A stretch of DNA of 64,000 nt from Haplodiscus bocki. Lineage: Eukaryota. Location: contig OZ296656.1 in assembly GCA_965655095.1 (NCBI GenBank), positions 46,624,001 to 46,688,000 of the forward strand, written 5' to 3'. A program made the position numbers and the translations under genes. The notes under the pieces were generated by a model. It worked only from the letters and a program-made list of their open reading frames with translations. It had not been told where the DNA came from and searched no databases. Of the stretch, positions 1 through 15,000 are shown one piece after another (within the stretch, counting starts at the first letter, position 1; the number at the start of each line of letters is the position of its first letter).

Positions 1-3000
1 TCAGTTCGAAGTTTTCTCGTATTGCAGTGTCAAGGAAACGTTTGCAATTGGAATACAAAAGTGATTGGACCCCGATTGGGTCGTTTTTGTTGTTTTATGT
101 TGGAATATGCATCGTTTCGTCGACTTCATTTATGCATGGACTAAAATTTGCATAAATTGCTCAATGCTGATTCTTTTTTGACGAGATCAGTTGTCTTCCA
201 TTAGTAGTTTGAGGGATAATCTGGTCTGTTTTTGAAATGTGCTGAACTTTTTGCCATAGCATTTTGTAATATCGGTTGATAAGCTTTAGCATTGCAATGC
301 AACTTTGTTTTTATCTTTTTTTTTCGTTTTCCGTTCTGGCTCTATCGAACGTTGTGATGAATGAACTCTTTCATTTATTCTGAAAACAAATAGTCCGTTT
401 ACAATGTTTGCGTTATCTGTCTTTTGAGGTTCTACTTCGTATACTGTAATAACTGTGTTTTGAATGATAATAACGGAACCTGTTAATGCACCTGCTCGTT
501 GGTGGCCCTGTGCGTGCGTGAAATGTGTATCTGGCTACCGAAGACCAGAAACAACTAGAAATTTTTGAGATGCGTTCTTGTCTCTGACCTGGCGTTCAAA
601 TATTCTTCCGACGTAAATGAAGAAAACAGGCTATAGCTTCTCTTTTACTTCACTGTATTGATGGATACAAATGCCTCGGTTAATCGAATGTTTTTTAATG
701 TGTGTTTTAGGTTTCAGTTTGAAGTTTTCTCGTATTGCAGTGTCGCGGAACGTTTGCAGTTGGAATCCAAAAGTGATTTGACCACGAATTTGTTGTTTTT
801 GGAGTTTTTTGTAGGAATATGCCTCGTTTTATCGACTTCAAGTATACATGGATTAAAATTTGCATGAATTGCTCGAAGCTGATTCTTTTTTGATGAGATC
901 AGTTGTCTTCCATTGTTAGTTTGAGGGATAATCTGGTCTGTTTTTGAAATATGCTGTACTTTTTGCCATAGCATTTTGTAATATCGGTTGATAAGCTTTA
1001 GCATTGCAATGCAACTTTACTTTTATCTTTTTTTTTCGTTTTCCATTCTGGTTCTCGTCGAAGTTGTGTTGAAATATCTCTTTGATTACTTCCGAAAACC
1101 AATAAATCCGTTCTCAATAATTGCGTTATGTGTCTTTAGACACTATACCTCGTATACTGTAAATATTGTGTTTCGAATGATAATAATGGAACCTGTTAAT
1201 GCACCTGTGCGTTGGAGGCCCTGCGCGTGCCTGAATTGTATTTCTAGCCTGCGAAGACTAGAAATTACTTGAAACTTTTGAGATGCAGTCAAGTCTCTGA
1301 CCTGGTGCTCAAATATTGTTCCGACAGAAATGATGAAAACTGGCTACAGCTTCTCTTCTACTTCACTGTTTTGATGGATATAAATGCCTCGGTTATTCGA
1401 ATGAGTTTTCTAATGTGCGTTTAAGGTTTCAGTTTGAAGTTTTCTTGTATTGCAGTGTCGCGGAACGTTTGCAGTTGGAATCCAAAAGTGATTTGACCAC
1501 GAATTTGTTGTTTTTGGAGTTTTTTGTAGGAATATGCCTCGTTTTATCGACTTCAAGTATACATGGACTAAAATTTGCATGAATTGCTCAATGTTGATTC
1601 TTTTTTGATGAGATCATTTGTTTTTGATTGTTATTTTGAGGGGTACTTTACTCTGTTTTTTAAATATGCTGTACTTTTTAGCCATAGGATTTTGTAATAT
1701 CGATTGATAAGCTTTAGCATTGCAATGCAACTTTACTTTTTGTCTTTCTTTTCGTTTCCCATTCTAGCTCTCTCGAACGTTGTGATGAAACAGTTCTTCC
1801 ATTTGTTTTGAAAAAAAATTAGTTCGCTTACGAAATTTGCATCATCTGTCTTTTGAGATTCTACTTCGTGTACTGTAATAACTTTAATTTGAATGATAAT
1901 AATGGAACCTGTTAATGCACCTGCTTGTTGCTGGCCCTGCGCCTACCCGAAATGTGTTTTTGGCTTCCGAAGACAAGAAACAACTCGAAATTCCTGAGGC
2001 GCATTCTTGTCTTTGACCTGGTGCTGAATTATTTTTCCGACATAACTGAATAAATTTGGCTACAGCTTCTCTTTTACTCCATTGTATTCTTCTCTATAGT
2101 TGCCTCGGTTATTGGACTGAGAACGTTTCATGTGTGTTTCAGGTTTCAATTTGAATTTTTCTCGTCATACGGTGTCACGGAAACGTTTGGAATTGGAATC
2201 CAAATGTGATTTGACCACGACTGGTTTTTCTTGGAGTTTTTTGTTGGAATATGCTTCGTTTCGTCAATTTCAAATCTGCATGGACTGAAATGTGCAAGAA
2301 TTGCTCAATTGTGATTCTTTTTTGACGAAATCAATTTTTTTCGATAGTTTGACGGGTATTCTGGTCTGTTCTTTGAACATGCTTGTGCCTTTTAGCCAAA
2401 GGATTTCGTAATATCGATTGATAGGCTTTAGCTTTTCAAGGCAACTTTAATTTTTATCTTTTTTTTCGTTTTCCATTCTAGCTTTCCCGAAAATTATGAT
2501 GGGATTTCTCTTTGATTTTTTCTGAAAACCAATTAGTACGTTTTCAAAATCTGCATTATCTGTCTTTTGAGATTCTACTTCGTATACTGTAATAACTGTG
2601 TTTTGGATGATTTTAATGGAACCTGTTAACGCACCTGCTCGTTGGTGCCCTCGCGCGTGCCTGAAATGTTTATCTGGCTTGCGAAGCCTAAAAAAAATTT
2701 GAACTTTTTTGAGATTCACTTATGTTTTTGACCTGGTGCTGAATTGTTTTTCCGACATAAATGAATAAAATTGGCTACAGCTTCTCTATTACTTCATTGT
2801 ATTCTTGTATATAGTTGCCTCGGTTAATGGGTTGAGTTTTCTGTATTTGTGTTTCAGGTTTCAGTTTGAAATTTTCTCGTATTACGGTGTCACGGAAACG
2901 TTTGCAATTGGAATCCAAAAGTTATTTGACCCCGACAGTTTATCTTTGGATTTTTTTGTTGGAATATGCCTTATTTCGTCGATTTCATAGATGCATGGAC

Positions 3001-6000
3001 TGGAACCTGCATGAATTGCTCAATGCTGATTTTTTTGACGACATGAATTTTTATCGATAGTTTGAGGGGTATTCTGGTCTATTCTTCAAATATGCTGTAC
3101 TTTTTAGCCGTCGGATTCTGTATTATCGATTGATAAGCTTTAGCATTGCAATGCAACGTTAATTTTTATCTTTTTTGTCGTTTTTCATTCTAGTTCTCCC
3201 GAAAGTTGTGGTGAAACATCTCTTTCAATACTTCTGAGAACCCTTTAGTCCGTTTTCAAAGTTTGCGTTACCTGTCTTTTGAGATTCTACTTCGTATACA
3301 GTAAATATTGCATTTCGAAAGGTATTAATGGAGCCTGTTAATGCACTTGCGCGTTGGTGGCCCTGTGCGTGCCTGAATTGTGTTTCTGGCCTGCGAAGAC
3401 TAGAAACAACTTCAAAAATTTGAGATGCATTCATGTCTTTGACCTGGTGCTCAAAAATTGTTCCGACATAAAATGAATAAAATTGGCGAAAACTTCTCTT
3501 TTACTTCATTGTTTTGATGGATATAAATGCCTCGGTTATTGGACTGAGTTTTTTTCATGTGTCTTTCAGGTTTCAATTTGAAGTTTCCTCGTAATACGGT
3601 GTCACGGAAACGTTTGGAATTGGAATCCAAGAGTGATTTGACCACGACTGGTTAATTTTTGGAGTTTCTTGTAGGAATATGCCTCACTTCTTCGACGTCA
3701 TATATGCAAGGACTGAAGTGTGCATGAGTTGCTCAATGCTGATTCTTTTTTGACGACATCACTTTTTTCGATAGTTAGTTTGAGGGGTATTTTTTTCTGT
3801 CTTCCAAATATGCTGTACTTTCTAGCCATAGGTTTTTGTAAAATCGATTGATAAGCTTTAGCATTGCAATGCAACTTTAATTTTCATTTTTTTTTCGTTT
3901 TCCGTTCTAGTTCTCCTGAAAGTTGTGGTGAAATATCTCTTTGAATACTGCTGAAAACCAACTAGTCCGTTTTCAAAGTTTGCAATATCGTGTTTTGATA
4001 TTCTACTTCGTATACTGTAAATATTGTGTTTCGAATGATAATATTGGAACCTGTTAATGCACCTGTGCGTTGAAGGCTCTGCGCGTGCCTGAATTGTGTT
4101 TCTGGCCTGCGAAGATTAGAAACAACTTCAAATTTTTGAGATGCTTTCATATCTTAGACCTGGTGCTCAAAATTTGTTCCGACATAAATGAATAAAATTG
4201 GCGAAAACTTCTCTTTTACTTCATTGTTTTGATGGATATAAATGCCTCGGTTATTGGACTGAGTTTTTTTCATGTGTGTTTTAGGTTTGAGTTTGTAGTT
4301 TTCTCGTAATACGGTGTCACAGAAACGTTCGGAATTGAAATCCAAAAGTGATTTGTCCACGACTGTGTTTTCTTGGAGTTTTTTGTTGGAATATGCTTCG
4401 TTTCGTCAACTTCAAATCTGCATGGACTGAAATATGCATGGATTGCTCAATTGTGATTCTTTTTTGACTATGTCAAGTTTTTTCGATAGTTTGAAGGGCA
4501 TTCTGGTCTGTTCTTTGAACATGCTTGTACTTTTTAGCCAAAGGATTTCGTAAAATCGATTGATAAGCTTAAGCTTTTCAAGGCAACTTTAATTTTTATC
4601 TTTTTTTTTCGTTTTCCATTCCAGCTCTCCCCAAAGGTATGATGGGATATCTCTTTGATTTTTTCTGAAAACCAATTAGTACGTTTTCAAAATCTGCATT
4701 ATCTGTCTTTTGAGATTCTACTTCGTATACTGTAATAACTGTGTTTTGAATGATATTAAATGAACCTGTTAACGCACCTGCCCGTTGGTGGCCTCGCGCG
4801 TGCCTGAAATGTTTATCTGGCTTGCGGTGCCTAGAAAGAACTTGAACTTTTTTGAGATTCACACATGTCTTTGACCTGGTGCTCAATTGTTTTTCCGACA
4901 TAAATGAAAAAAATTGGCTACAGCTTCTCTTTTACTTCATTGTATTCTTGTATATAGTTGCCTCGGTTAATGAATTGAGTTTTCTTTATGTGTGTTTCAG
5001 GTTTCAGTTTGAATTTTCTTCGTAATACGGTGTCACGGAAACGTTTGAAATTGGAATCCAAAAGTGATTTGACCCCGACTGGTCTATTTTTGGAGTTTCT
5101 TCTAGGAATATGCTTCCCTTCGTCGACTTCATATATGCATGGACTGAAGTGTGCATGAGTTGCGCAATGCTGATTCTTTTTTGACGACATCGTTTTTTAC
5201 GATAGTTAGATTGAGTGGTATTTTGTTCTGTTTTTCAAATATGCTATACTTTCTAGCCATAGGATTTTGTAATATCGATTGATAAGCTTTAGCATTGCAA
5301 TGCAACTTTAATTTTCATCTGTTTTTTGTTTTCCATTCTAGCTCTCCCGAAAGTTGTGGCAAAATATCTCTCTGATTACTACTGAAAACCAATTAGTCCG
5401 TTTTCAAAGTTTGTGTTATCTGTCTTTTGAGATTCTACTTCGTACACTGTAAATATTGTGTTTCGAATGATATTAATGGAGCCTGTTAATGCACCTGTGC
5501 GTTGAAGGCCCTGCGCGTGCCCGAATTGTGTTTCTGGCCTGCGAAGATGAGAAACAACTTCAAATTTTTGAGATGCTTTCATATCTTAGACCTGGTGCTC
5601 AAAATTTGTTCCGACATAAATGAATAAAATTGGCGAAAACTTCTCTTCTACTTCATTGTTTTGATGGATATAAATGCCTCGGTTATTGGACTGAGTTCTT
5701 TTCATGTGTGTTTTAGGTTTGAGTTTGTAGTTTTCTCGTAATACGGTGTCACAGAAACGTTCGGAATTGAAATCCAAAAGTGATTTGTCCACGCCTGTGT
5801 TTTCTTGGAGTTTTTTGTTGGAATATGCTTCGTTTCGTCAACTTCAAATCTGCATGGACTGAAATATGCATGGATTGCTCAATTGTGATTCTTTTTTGAC
5901 TATGTCAAGTTTTTTCGATAGTTTGAAGGGCATTCTGGTCTGTTCTTTAAACATGCTTGTACTTTTTAGCCAAAGGATTTCGTAAAATCGATTGATAAGC

Positions 6001-9000
6001 TTTAGCTTTTCAAGGCAACTTTAATTTTTATCATTTTTTTTCTTTTTCCATTCTAGCTCTCCCCAAAGGTATGATGGGATATCTCTTTGATTTTTTCTAA
6101 AAACCAATTAGTACGTTTTCAAAATCTGCATTATCTGTCTTTTGAGATTCTACTTCGTATACTGTAATAACTGTGTTTTGAATGATATTAAATGATCCTG
6201 TTACCGCACCTGCCCGTTGGTGGCCTCGCGCGTGCCTGAAATGTTTATCTGGCTGGCGAAGCATAGAAAGAACTTGAACTTTTTTGAGATTCACACATGT
6301 CTTTGACCTGGTGCTGAATTGTTTTTCCCACATAAATGAAAAAAAATTGGCTACAGCTTCTCTTTTACTTCATTGTATTCTTGTATATAGTTGCCTCGGT
6401 TAATGAATTGAGTTTTCTTTATGTGTGTTTCAGGTTTCAGTTTGAATTTTCTTCGTAATACGGTGTCATGGAAACGTTTGAAATTGGAATCCAAAAGTGA
6501 TTTGACCCCGACTGGTCTGTTTTTGGAGTTTCTTCTAGGAATATGCCTCCCTTCGTCGACTTCATATATGCATGGACTGAAGTGTGCATGAGTTGCGCAA
6601 TGCTGATTCTTTTTTGACGACATCGTTTTTTACGATAGTTTGATTGAGTGGTTTTCTGTTCTGTTTTTCAAATATGCTATATTTTCTAGCCATAGGATTT
6701 TGTAATATCGATTGATAAGCTTTAGCATTGCAATGCAACTTTAATTTTCATCTGTTTTTTGTTTTCCATTCTAGCTCTCCCGAAACTTGTGGCAAAATAT
6801 CTCTCTGATTACTACTGAAAACCAATTAGTCCGTTTTGAAAGTTTGTGTTATCTGTCTTTTGAGATTCTACTTCGTACACTATAAATTTTGTGTTTCGAA
6901 TGATATTAATGGAGCCTGTTAATGCACCTGTGCGTTGAAGGCCCTGCGCGTGCCCGAATTGTGTTTCTGGCCTGCGAAGATTAGAAACAACTTCAAATTT
7001 TTGAGATGCTTTCATATCTTAGACCTGGTGCTCAAAATTTGTTCCGACATAAATGAATAAAATTGGCGAAAACTTCTCTTTTACTTCATTGTTTTGATGG
7101 ATATAAATGCCTCGGTTATTGGACTGAGTTCTTTTCATGTGTGTTTTGGGTTTGAGTTTGTAGTTTTCTCGTAATACGGTGTCACAGAAACGTTCGGAAT
7201 CGAAATCCAAAAGTGATTTGTCCACGACTGTGTTTTTTTGGAGTTTTTTGTTGGAATATGCTTCGTTTCGTCAACTTCAAATCTGCATGGACTTAAATAT
7301 GCATGGATTGCTCAATTGTGATTCTTTTTTGACTATGTCAACTTTTTCGGTAGTTTGAAGGGCATTCTGGTCTGTTCTTTGAACATGCTTGTACTTTTTA
7401 GCCAAAGGATTTCGTAATATCGATTGATAAGCTTTAGCTTTTCAAGGCAACTTTAATTTTTATCTTTTTTTTTCGTTTTCCATTCTAGCTCTCCGCAAAG
7501 TTATGATGGGATATCTCTTTGATTTTTTCTGAAAACCAATTAGTACATTTTCAAAATCTGCATTATCTGTCTTTTGAGATTCTACTTCGTATACTGTAAT
7601 AACTGTGTTTTGAATGATATTAAATGAACCTGTTAACGCACCTGCCCGCTGGTGGCCTCGCGCGTGCCTGAAATGTTTATCTGGCTTGCGAAGCCTAGAA
7701 AGAACTTGAACTTTTTTGAGATTCACACATGTCTTTGACCTGGTTCTGAATTGTTTTTCCGACATAAATGAAAAAAATTGGCTACAGCTTCTCTTTTACT
7801 TCATTGTATTCTTGTATATAGTTGCCTCGGTTAATGAATTGAGTTTTTTTTATGTGTGTTTCAGGTTTCAGTTTGAATTTTCTTCGTAATACGGTGTCAC
7901 GAAACGTTTGAAATTGGAATCCAAAAGTGATTTGACCCCGACTGGTCTATTTTTGGAGTTTCTTCTAGGAATATGCCTCCCTTCGTCGACTTCATATATG
8001 CATGGACTGAAGTGTGCATGAGTTGCGCAATGCTGATTCTTTTTTGACGACATCATTTTTTACGATAGTTAGATTGAGTGGTATTCTGTTCTGTTTTTCA
8101 AATATGCTATACTTTCTAGCCATAGGATTTTGTAATATCGATTGATAAGCTTTAGCATTGCAATGCAACTTTAATTTTCATCTGTTTTTTGTTTTCCATT
8201 CTAGCTCTCCCGAAAGTTGTGGCAAAATATCTCTCTGATTACTACTGAAAACCAATTAGTCCGTTTTCAAAGTTTGTGTTATCTGTCTTTTGAGATTCTA
8301 CTTCGTACACTGTAAATATTGTGTTTCGAATGATATTAATGGAGCCTGTTAATGCACCTGCGCGTTGATGGCCCTGCGCGTGCCTGAATGGTGTTTCTGG
8401 CCTTCGAAGACTAAAAACATTTTTAAAATTTTGAGATGCCTTCACGTCTTAGACCTGGTGCTCAAAAATTGTTCCGACATAAATGAATAAAATTTGCGAA
8501 TGCTTCTCTTTTACTTCATTGTTTTGCTGGATATAAATGCCTCGGCTTTTGGACTGAGTTTTTTTCATGTGTGTTTTAGGTTTGAGTTTGTAGTTTTCTC
8601 GTAATACGGTGTCACAGAAACGTTCGGAATTGAAATCCAAAAGTGATTTGTCCACGACTGTGTTTTTTTGGAGTTTTTTGTTGGAATATGCTTCGTTTCG
8701 TCAATTTCAAATCTGCATGGACTGAAATGTGCAAGAATTGCTCAATTGTGATTCTTTTTTGACGACATCAAGTTTTTTCGACAGTTTGAAGGGCATTCTG
8801 GTCTGTTCTTTGAAGATGCTTGTACTTTTCAGCCAAAGTATTTCGTAATATCGATTGATAAGGTTTAGCTTTTCAAGGCAACTTCAATTTTTATCTTTTT
8901 TTTTCGTTTTCCATTCTAACTCTGCCGAAAATTATGATGGGATATCTCTTTGATTGTTTCTGAAAACCAATTAGTACGTTTTCAAAATCTGCATTATCTG

Positions 9001-12000
9001 TCTTTTGAGATTCTACTTCGTGTACTGTAATAACTGTGTTTTGAATGATATTAAATGAACCTGTTAACGCACCTGCCCGTTGGTGGCCTCGCGCGTGGCT
9101 GAAATGTTTATCTGGCTTGTGAAGCCTAGAAAGAACTTGAACTTTTTTGAGATTCACACATGTCCTTGACCTGGTGCTGAATTGTTTTTCCGACATAATT
9201 GAATAAAATTGGCTACAGCTTCTCTATTACTTCATTGTATTCTTGTATATAGTTGCGTCGGTTAATGGATTGAGTTTTCTTTATGTGTGTTTTAGGTTTC
9301 AGTTTGAAATTTTTCTCGTAATACGGTGTCACGGAAACGTTTGAAATTGGAATCCAAAAGTGATTTGACCCCGACTGGTCTTTTTTTGGAGTTTCTTGTA
9401 GGAATATGCCTCGCTTCGTGGACTTCATATATGCATGGACTGAAGTGTGCATGAGTTGCTCTATGCTGAATCTTTTGTGACGACATCATTTTTTTCGATA
9501 GCTAGTTTGAGTGGTATTCTGTCCTGTTTTTCAAATATGCTGTACATTCTAGCCATAGGATTTTGTAATATCGATTGATAAGCTGTAGCATTGCAATGCA
9601 ACTTTAATTTTCATCTCTTTTTTTTGTTTTCCATTCTAGCTCTCCCGAAAGTTGTGGCGAAAAATCTCGTTGATTACTACTGAAAACCAATTAGTCCGTT
9701 TTCAATGTTTGCGTTATCTGTCTTTTGAGATTCTACTTCGTATACTGTAAATTTTGTGTTTCGAATGATAATATTGGAGCCTGTTAATGCACCTGCGCGT
9801 TGGTGGCGCTGCGCGTGCCTGATTTTTGTTTCTGGCCTGCGGAGACTAGAAACACTTTCAAAATTTTGAGATGCATTCATGTCTTTGATCTGGTGCTGAA
9901 TTATTTTTCCGACATGAATGAATAAAATTGGCGAAAACTTCTCTTTTACTTCATTGTTTTGATGGATATAAATGCCTCGGTTATTGGACTGAGTTTTTTT
10001 CATGTGTGTTTTGGGTTTGAGTTTGTAGTTTTCTCGTAATACGGTGTCACAGAAACGTTCGGAATCGAAATCCAAAAGTGATTTGTCCACGACTGTGTTT
10101 TTTTGGAGTTTTTTGTTGGAATATGCTTCGTTTCGTCAATTTCAAATCTGCATGGACTGAAATGTGCAAGAATTGCTCAATTGTGATTCTTTTTTGACGA
10201 CATCAAGTTTTTTCGATAGTTTGACGGGTATTCTGGTCTGTTCTTTGAACATGCTTGTACCTTTTAGCCAAAGGACTTCGTAATATCGATTGATAGGCTT
10301 TAGCTTTTCAAGGCAACTTTAATTTTTATCTTTTTTTCGTTTTCCATTCTAGCTCTCCCGAAAATTATGATGGGATAACTCTTTGATTTTTTCTGAAAAC
10401 CAATTAGTACGTTTTCAAAATCTGCATTATCTGTCTTTTGAGATTCTACTTCGTATACTGTAATAACTGTGTTTTGAATGATTTTAATGGAACCTTTTAA
10501 CGCACCTGCTCGTTGGTGCCCTCGCGTGTGCCTGAAATGTTTATCTGGCTTGCGAAGCCTAGAAAAAACTTGAACTTTTTTGAGATTCACACATGTTTTT
10601 GACCTGGTGCTGAATTGTTTTCCCGACATCAATGAATAAAATTGGCTACAGCTTCTCTATTACTTCATTGTATTCTTGTATATAGTTGTCTCGGTTAATG
10701 GGTTGAGTTTTCTGTATTTGTGTTTCAGGTTTCAGTTTGAAATTTTCTCGTATTACGGTGTCACGGAAACGTTTGAAATAGGAATCCAAAAGTGATTTGA
10801 CCCCGACTGTTCTATTTTTGGAGTTTCTTGTAGGAATATGCCTCGCTTCGTCGACTTCATAAATGCATGGATTGAAGTGTGCATGAGTTGCTCTATGCTG
10901 AATCTTTTGTGACGACATCATTTTTTTCGATAGCTAGTTTGAGTGGTATTCTGTTCTGTTTTTCAAAAAAGCTGTACTTTCTAGACATAGGACTTTGTAA
11001 AATCGATTGATAAGCTTTAGCATTGCAATGCAACTTTAATTTTCATCTTTTTTTTGTTTTCCATTCTAGCTCTCCCGAAAGTTGTGGCAAAATATCTCTC
11101 TGATTACTATTGAAAACCAATTAGTCCGTTTTCAAAGTTTGTGTTATCTGTCTTTTGAGATTCTACTTCGTATACTGTAAATATTGTGTTTCGAATGATA
11201 ATATTGGAGCCTGTTAATGCACCTGCGCGTTGGTGGCGCTGCCCGTGCCTGAATTGTGTTTCTGGCCTGCGGAGACTAGAAACACTTTCAAAATTTTGAG
11301 ATGCATTCATGTCTTTGATCTGGTGCTGAATTATTTTTCCGACATAAGTGAATAAAATTGGCTACAGCTTCTCTATTACTTCATTGTATTGTTGTATATA
11401 GTTGACTCGGTTAATGGGTTGAGTTTTCTGTATTTGTGTTTCAGGTTTCAGTTTGAAAATTTCTCGTATTACGGTGTCACGGAAACGTTTGGAATTGGAA
11501 TCCAAATGTGATTTGACCACGACTGGGTTTTCTTGGAGTTTTTTGTTGGAATATGCTTCGTTTCGTCAATTTCAAATCTGCATGGACTGAAATGTGCAAG
11601 AATTGCTCAATTGTGATTCTTTTTTGACGGCATCATGTTTTGTCGATAGTTTGACGGGTTTTCTGGTCTGTTCTTTGAACATGCTTGTACTTTTAGCCAT
11701 AGGATTTTGTAATATCGATTGATAAGCTTTAGCATTGCAATGCAACTTCAATTTTCATCTGTTTTTTGTTTTTCATTCTAGCTCTCCCTAAAGTTGTGGC
11801 AAAATATCTCTCTGCTTACGTCTGAAAACCAATTAGTCCGTTCTCAAAGTTTGCGTTATCTGTCTTTTGAGATTCTACTTCGTGCACTGTAAATATATTG
11901 TTTCGAATGATATTAATGGAACCTGTTAATGCACCTGCGCGTTGGTGGCCCTGCGCTTGCCTGAATTGTGTTTCTGGCCTGGGAAGACTGGAAACAACTT

Positions 12001-15000
12001 CAAAATTTTGAGATGCATTCATGTCTTTGACCTGGTGCTGAAATATTTTTCCGATATAACTGAATAAATTTGGCTACAGCTTCTCTTTTACTCCATTGTA
12101 TTCTTCTCTATAGTTGCCTCGGTTATTGGACTGAGAACGTTTCATGTGTGTTTCAGGTTTCAATTTGAAGTTTTCTCGTCATACGGTTTCACGGAAACGT
12201 TTGGAATTGGAATCCAAGTGTGATTTGACCACGACTGGGTTTTCTTGGAGTTTTTTGTTGGAATATGCTTCGTTTCGTCAATTTCAAATCTGCATGGACT
12301 GAAATGTGCAAGAATTGCTCAATTGTGATTCTTTTTTGACGGCATCAAGTTTTGTCGATAGTTTGACGGGTTTTCTGGTCTGTTCTTTGAACATGCTTGT
12401 ACTTTTTAGCCAAAGGATTTCGTAATATCGATTGATAAGCTTCAGCATTTCAATGCAACTTTACTTTTTATCTTTTTTTTCGTTTTCCATTCTAGCTCTC
12501 CCGAAAGATGTGATGGAATATCTGTTTGATTTTTTCTGAAAGGCAATTAGTACGTTTTCAAAATCTGCATTATCTGTCTTTTGAGATTCTACTTCGTGTA
12601 CTGTAATAACTGTGTTTTGAATGATATTAAATGAACCTGTTAACGCACCTGCCCGTTGGTGGCCTCGCGTGTGTCTGAAATGTTTATCTGGCTTGCGAAG
12701 CCTAGAAAGAACTTGAACTTTTTCGAGATTCACACATGTCTTTGACCTGGTGCTGAATTGTTTTTCCGACATAATTGAATAAAATTGGCTACAGCTTCTC
12801 TATTACTTCATTGTATTCTTGTATATAGTTGCCTCGGTTAATGGATTGAGTTTTCTTTATGTGTGTTTTAGGTTTCAGTTTGAAATTTTTCTCGTAATAC
12901 GGTGTCACGGAAACGTTTGAAATTGGAATCCAAAAGTGATTTGACCCCGAATGGTCTTTTTTTGGAGTTTCTTGTAGGAATATGCCTCGCTTCGTGGACT
13001 TCATATATGCATGGACTGAAGTGTGCATGAGTTGCTCTATGCTGAATCTTTTGTGACGACATCATTTTTTTCGATAGCTAGTTTGAGTGGTATTCTGTCC
13101 TGTTTTTCAAATATGCTGTACATTCTAGCCATAGGATTTTGTAATATCGATTGATAAGCTTTAGCATTGCAAGGCAACTTTACTTTTTATCTTTTTTTTG
13201 TTTTCCCTTCTAGCTCTCCCGAAAGTTGTGGCGAAAAATCTCGTTGATTACTACTGAAAACCAATTAGTCCGTTTTCAATGTTTGCGTTATCTGTCTTTT
13301 GAGATTCTACTTCGTATACTGTAAATTTTGTGTTTCGAATGATAATATTGGAGCCTGTTAATGCACCTGCGCGTTGGTGGCGCTGCGCGTGCCTGATTTG
13401 TGTTTCTGGCCTGCGGAGACTAGAAACACTTTCAAAATTTTGAGATGCATTCATGTCTTTGATCTGGTGCTGAATTATTTTTCCGACACGAATGAATAAA
13501 ATTGGCGAAAACTTCTCTCTTACTTCATTGTTTTGATGGATATAAATGCCTCGGTTATTGGACTGAGTTTTTTTCATGTGTGTTTTAGGTTTGAGTTTGT
13601 AGTTTTCTCGTAATACGGTGTCACAGAAACGTTCGGAATCGAAATCCAAAAGTGATTTGTCCACGACTGTGTTTTTTTGGAGTTTTTTGTTGGAATATGC
13701 TTCGTTTCGTCAATTTCAAATCTGCATGGACTGAAATGTTCAAGAATTGCTCAATTGTGATTCTTTTTTGACGACATCAAGTTTTTTCGATAGTTTGACG
13801 GGTATTCTGGTCTGTTCTTTGAACATGCTTGTACCTTTTAGCCAAAGGATTTCGTAATATCGATTGATAGGCTTTAGCTTTTCAAGGCAACTTTAATTTT
13901 TATCTTTTTTTCGTTTTCCTTTCTAGCTCTCCCGAAAATTATGATGGGATATCTCTTTGATTTTTTCTGAAAACCAATTAGTACGTTTTCAAAATCTGCA
14001 TTATCTGTCTTTTGAGATTCTACTTCGTATACTGTAATAACTGTGTTTTGAATGATTTTAATGGAACCTTTTAACGCACCTGCTCGTTGGTGCCCTCGCG
14101 CGTGCCTGAAATGTTTATCTGGCTTGCGAAGCCTAGAAACAACTTGAACTTTTTCGAGATTCACACATGTTTTTGACATGGTGCTGAATTGTTTTTCCGA
14201 CATAAATGAATAAAATTGGCTACAGCTTCTCTATTACTTCATTGTATTCTTGTATATAGTTGTCTCGGTTAATGGTTGAGTTTTCTGTATTTGTGTTTCA
14301 GGTTTCAGTTTGAAATTTTCTCGTATTACGGTGTCACGGAAACGTTTGAAATTGGAATCCAAAAGTGATTTGACCCCGACTGTTCTATTTTTGGAGTTTC
14401 TTGTAGGAATATGCCTCGCTTCGTCGACTTCATAAATGCATGGACTGAAGTGTGCATGATTTGCTCTATGCTGAATCTTTTGTGACGACATCATTTTTTT
14501 CGATAGCTACTTTGAGTGGTATTCTGTTCTGTTTTTCAAATAAGCTGTACTTTCTAGACATAGGACTTTGTAAAATCGATTGATAAGCTTTAGCATTGCA
14601 ATGCAACTTTAATTTTCATCTCTTTTTTTGTTTTCCATTCTAGCTCTCCCGAAAGTTGTGGCAAAATATCTCTCTGATGCGTTGGTGGCGCTGCGCGTGC
14701 CTGAATTGCGTTTCTGGCCTGCGGAGACTAGAAACACTTTCAAAATTTTGAGATGCATTCATGTCTTTGATCTGGTGCTGAATTGTTTTTCCGACATAAA
14801 TGAATAAAATTGGCTACAGCTTCTCTTTTACTTCATTGTATTGTTCTCTATAGTTGCCTCGGTTAATGGACTGAGATTGTTTTATGTGTCTTTCAGGTTT
14901 CAGTGTGAAGTTTGTTCGTAATACGGTGTCACGGAAACGTTTGGAATTGGAATCCAAAAGTGATTTGACCACGACAGGGTTTTCTTGGAGTTTTTTGTTG

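Noticed and set aside
7648-7655. Chi-like GCTGGTGG (GTTGGTGG in most monomers)
   Set aside because: Chi is a bacterial RecBCD signal. An exact match occurs in one monomer only and has no established meaning in this eukaryotic context.
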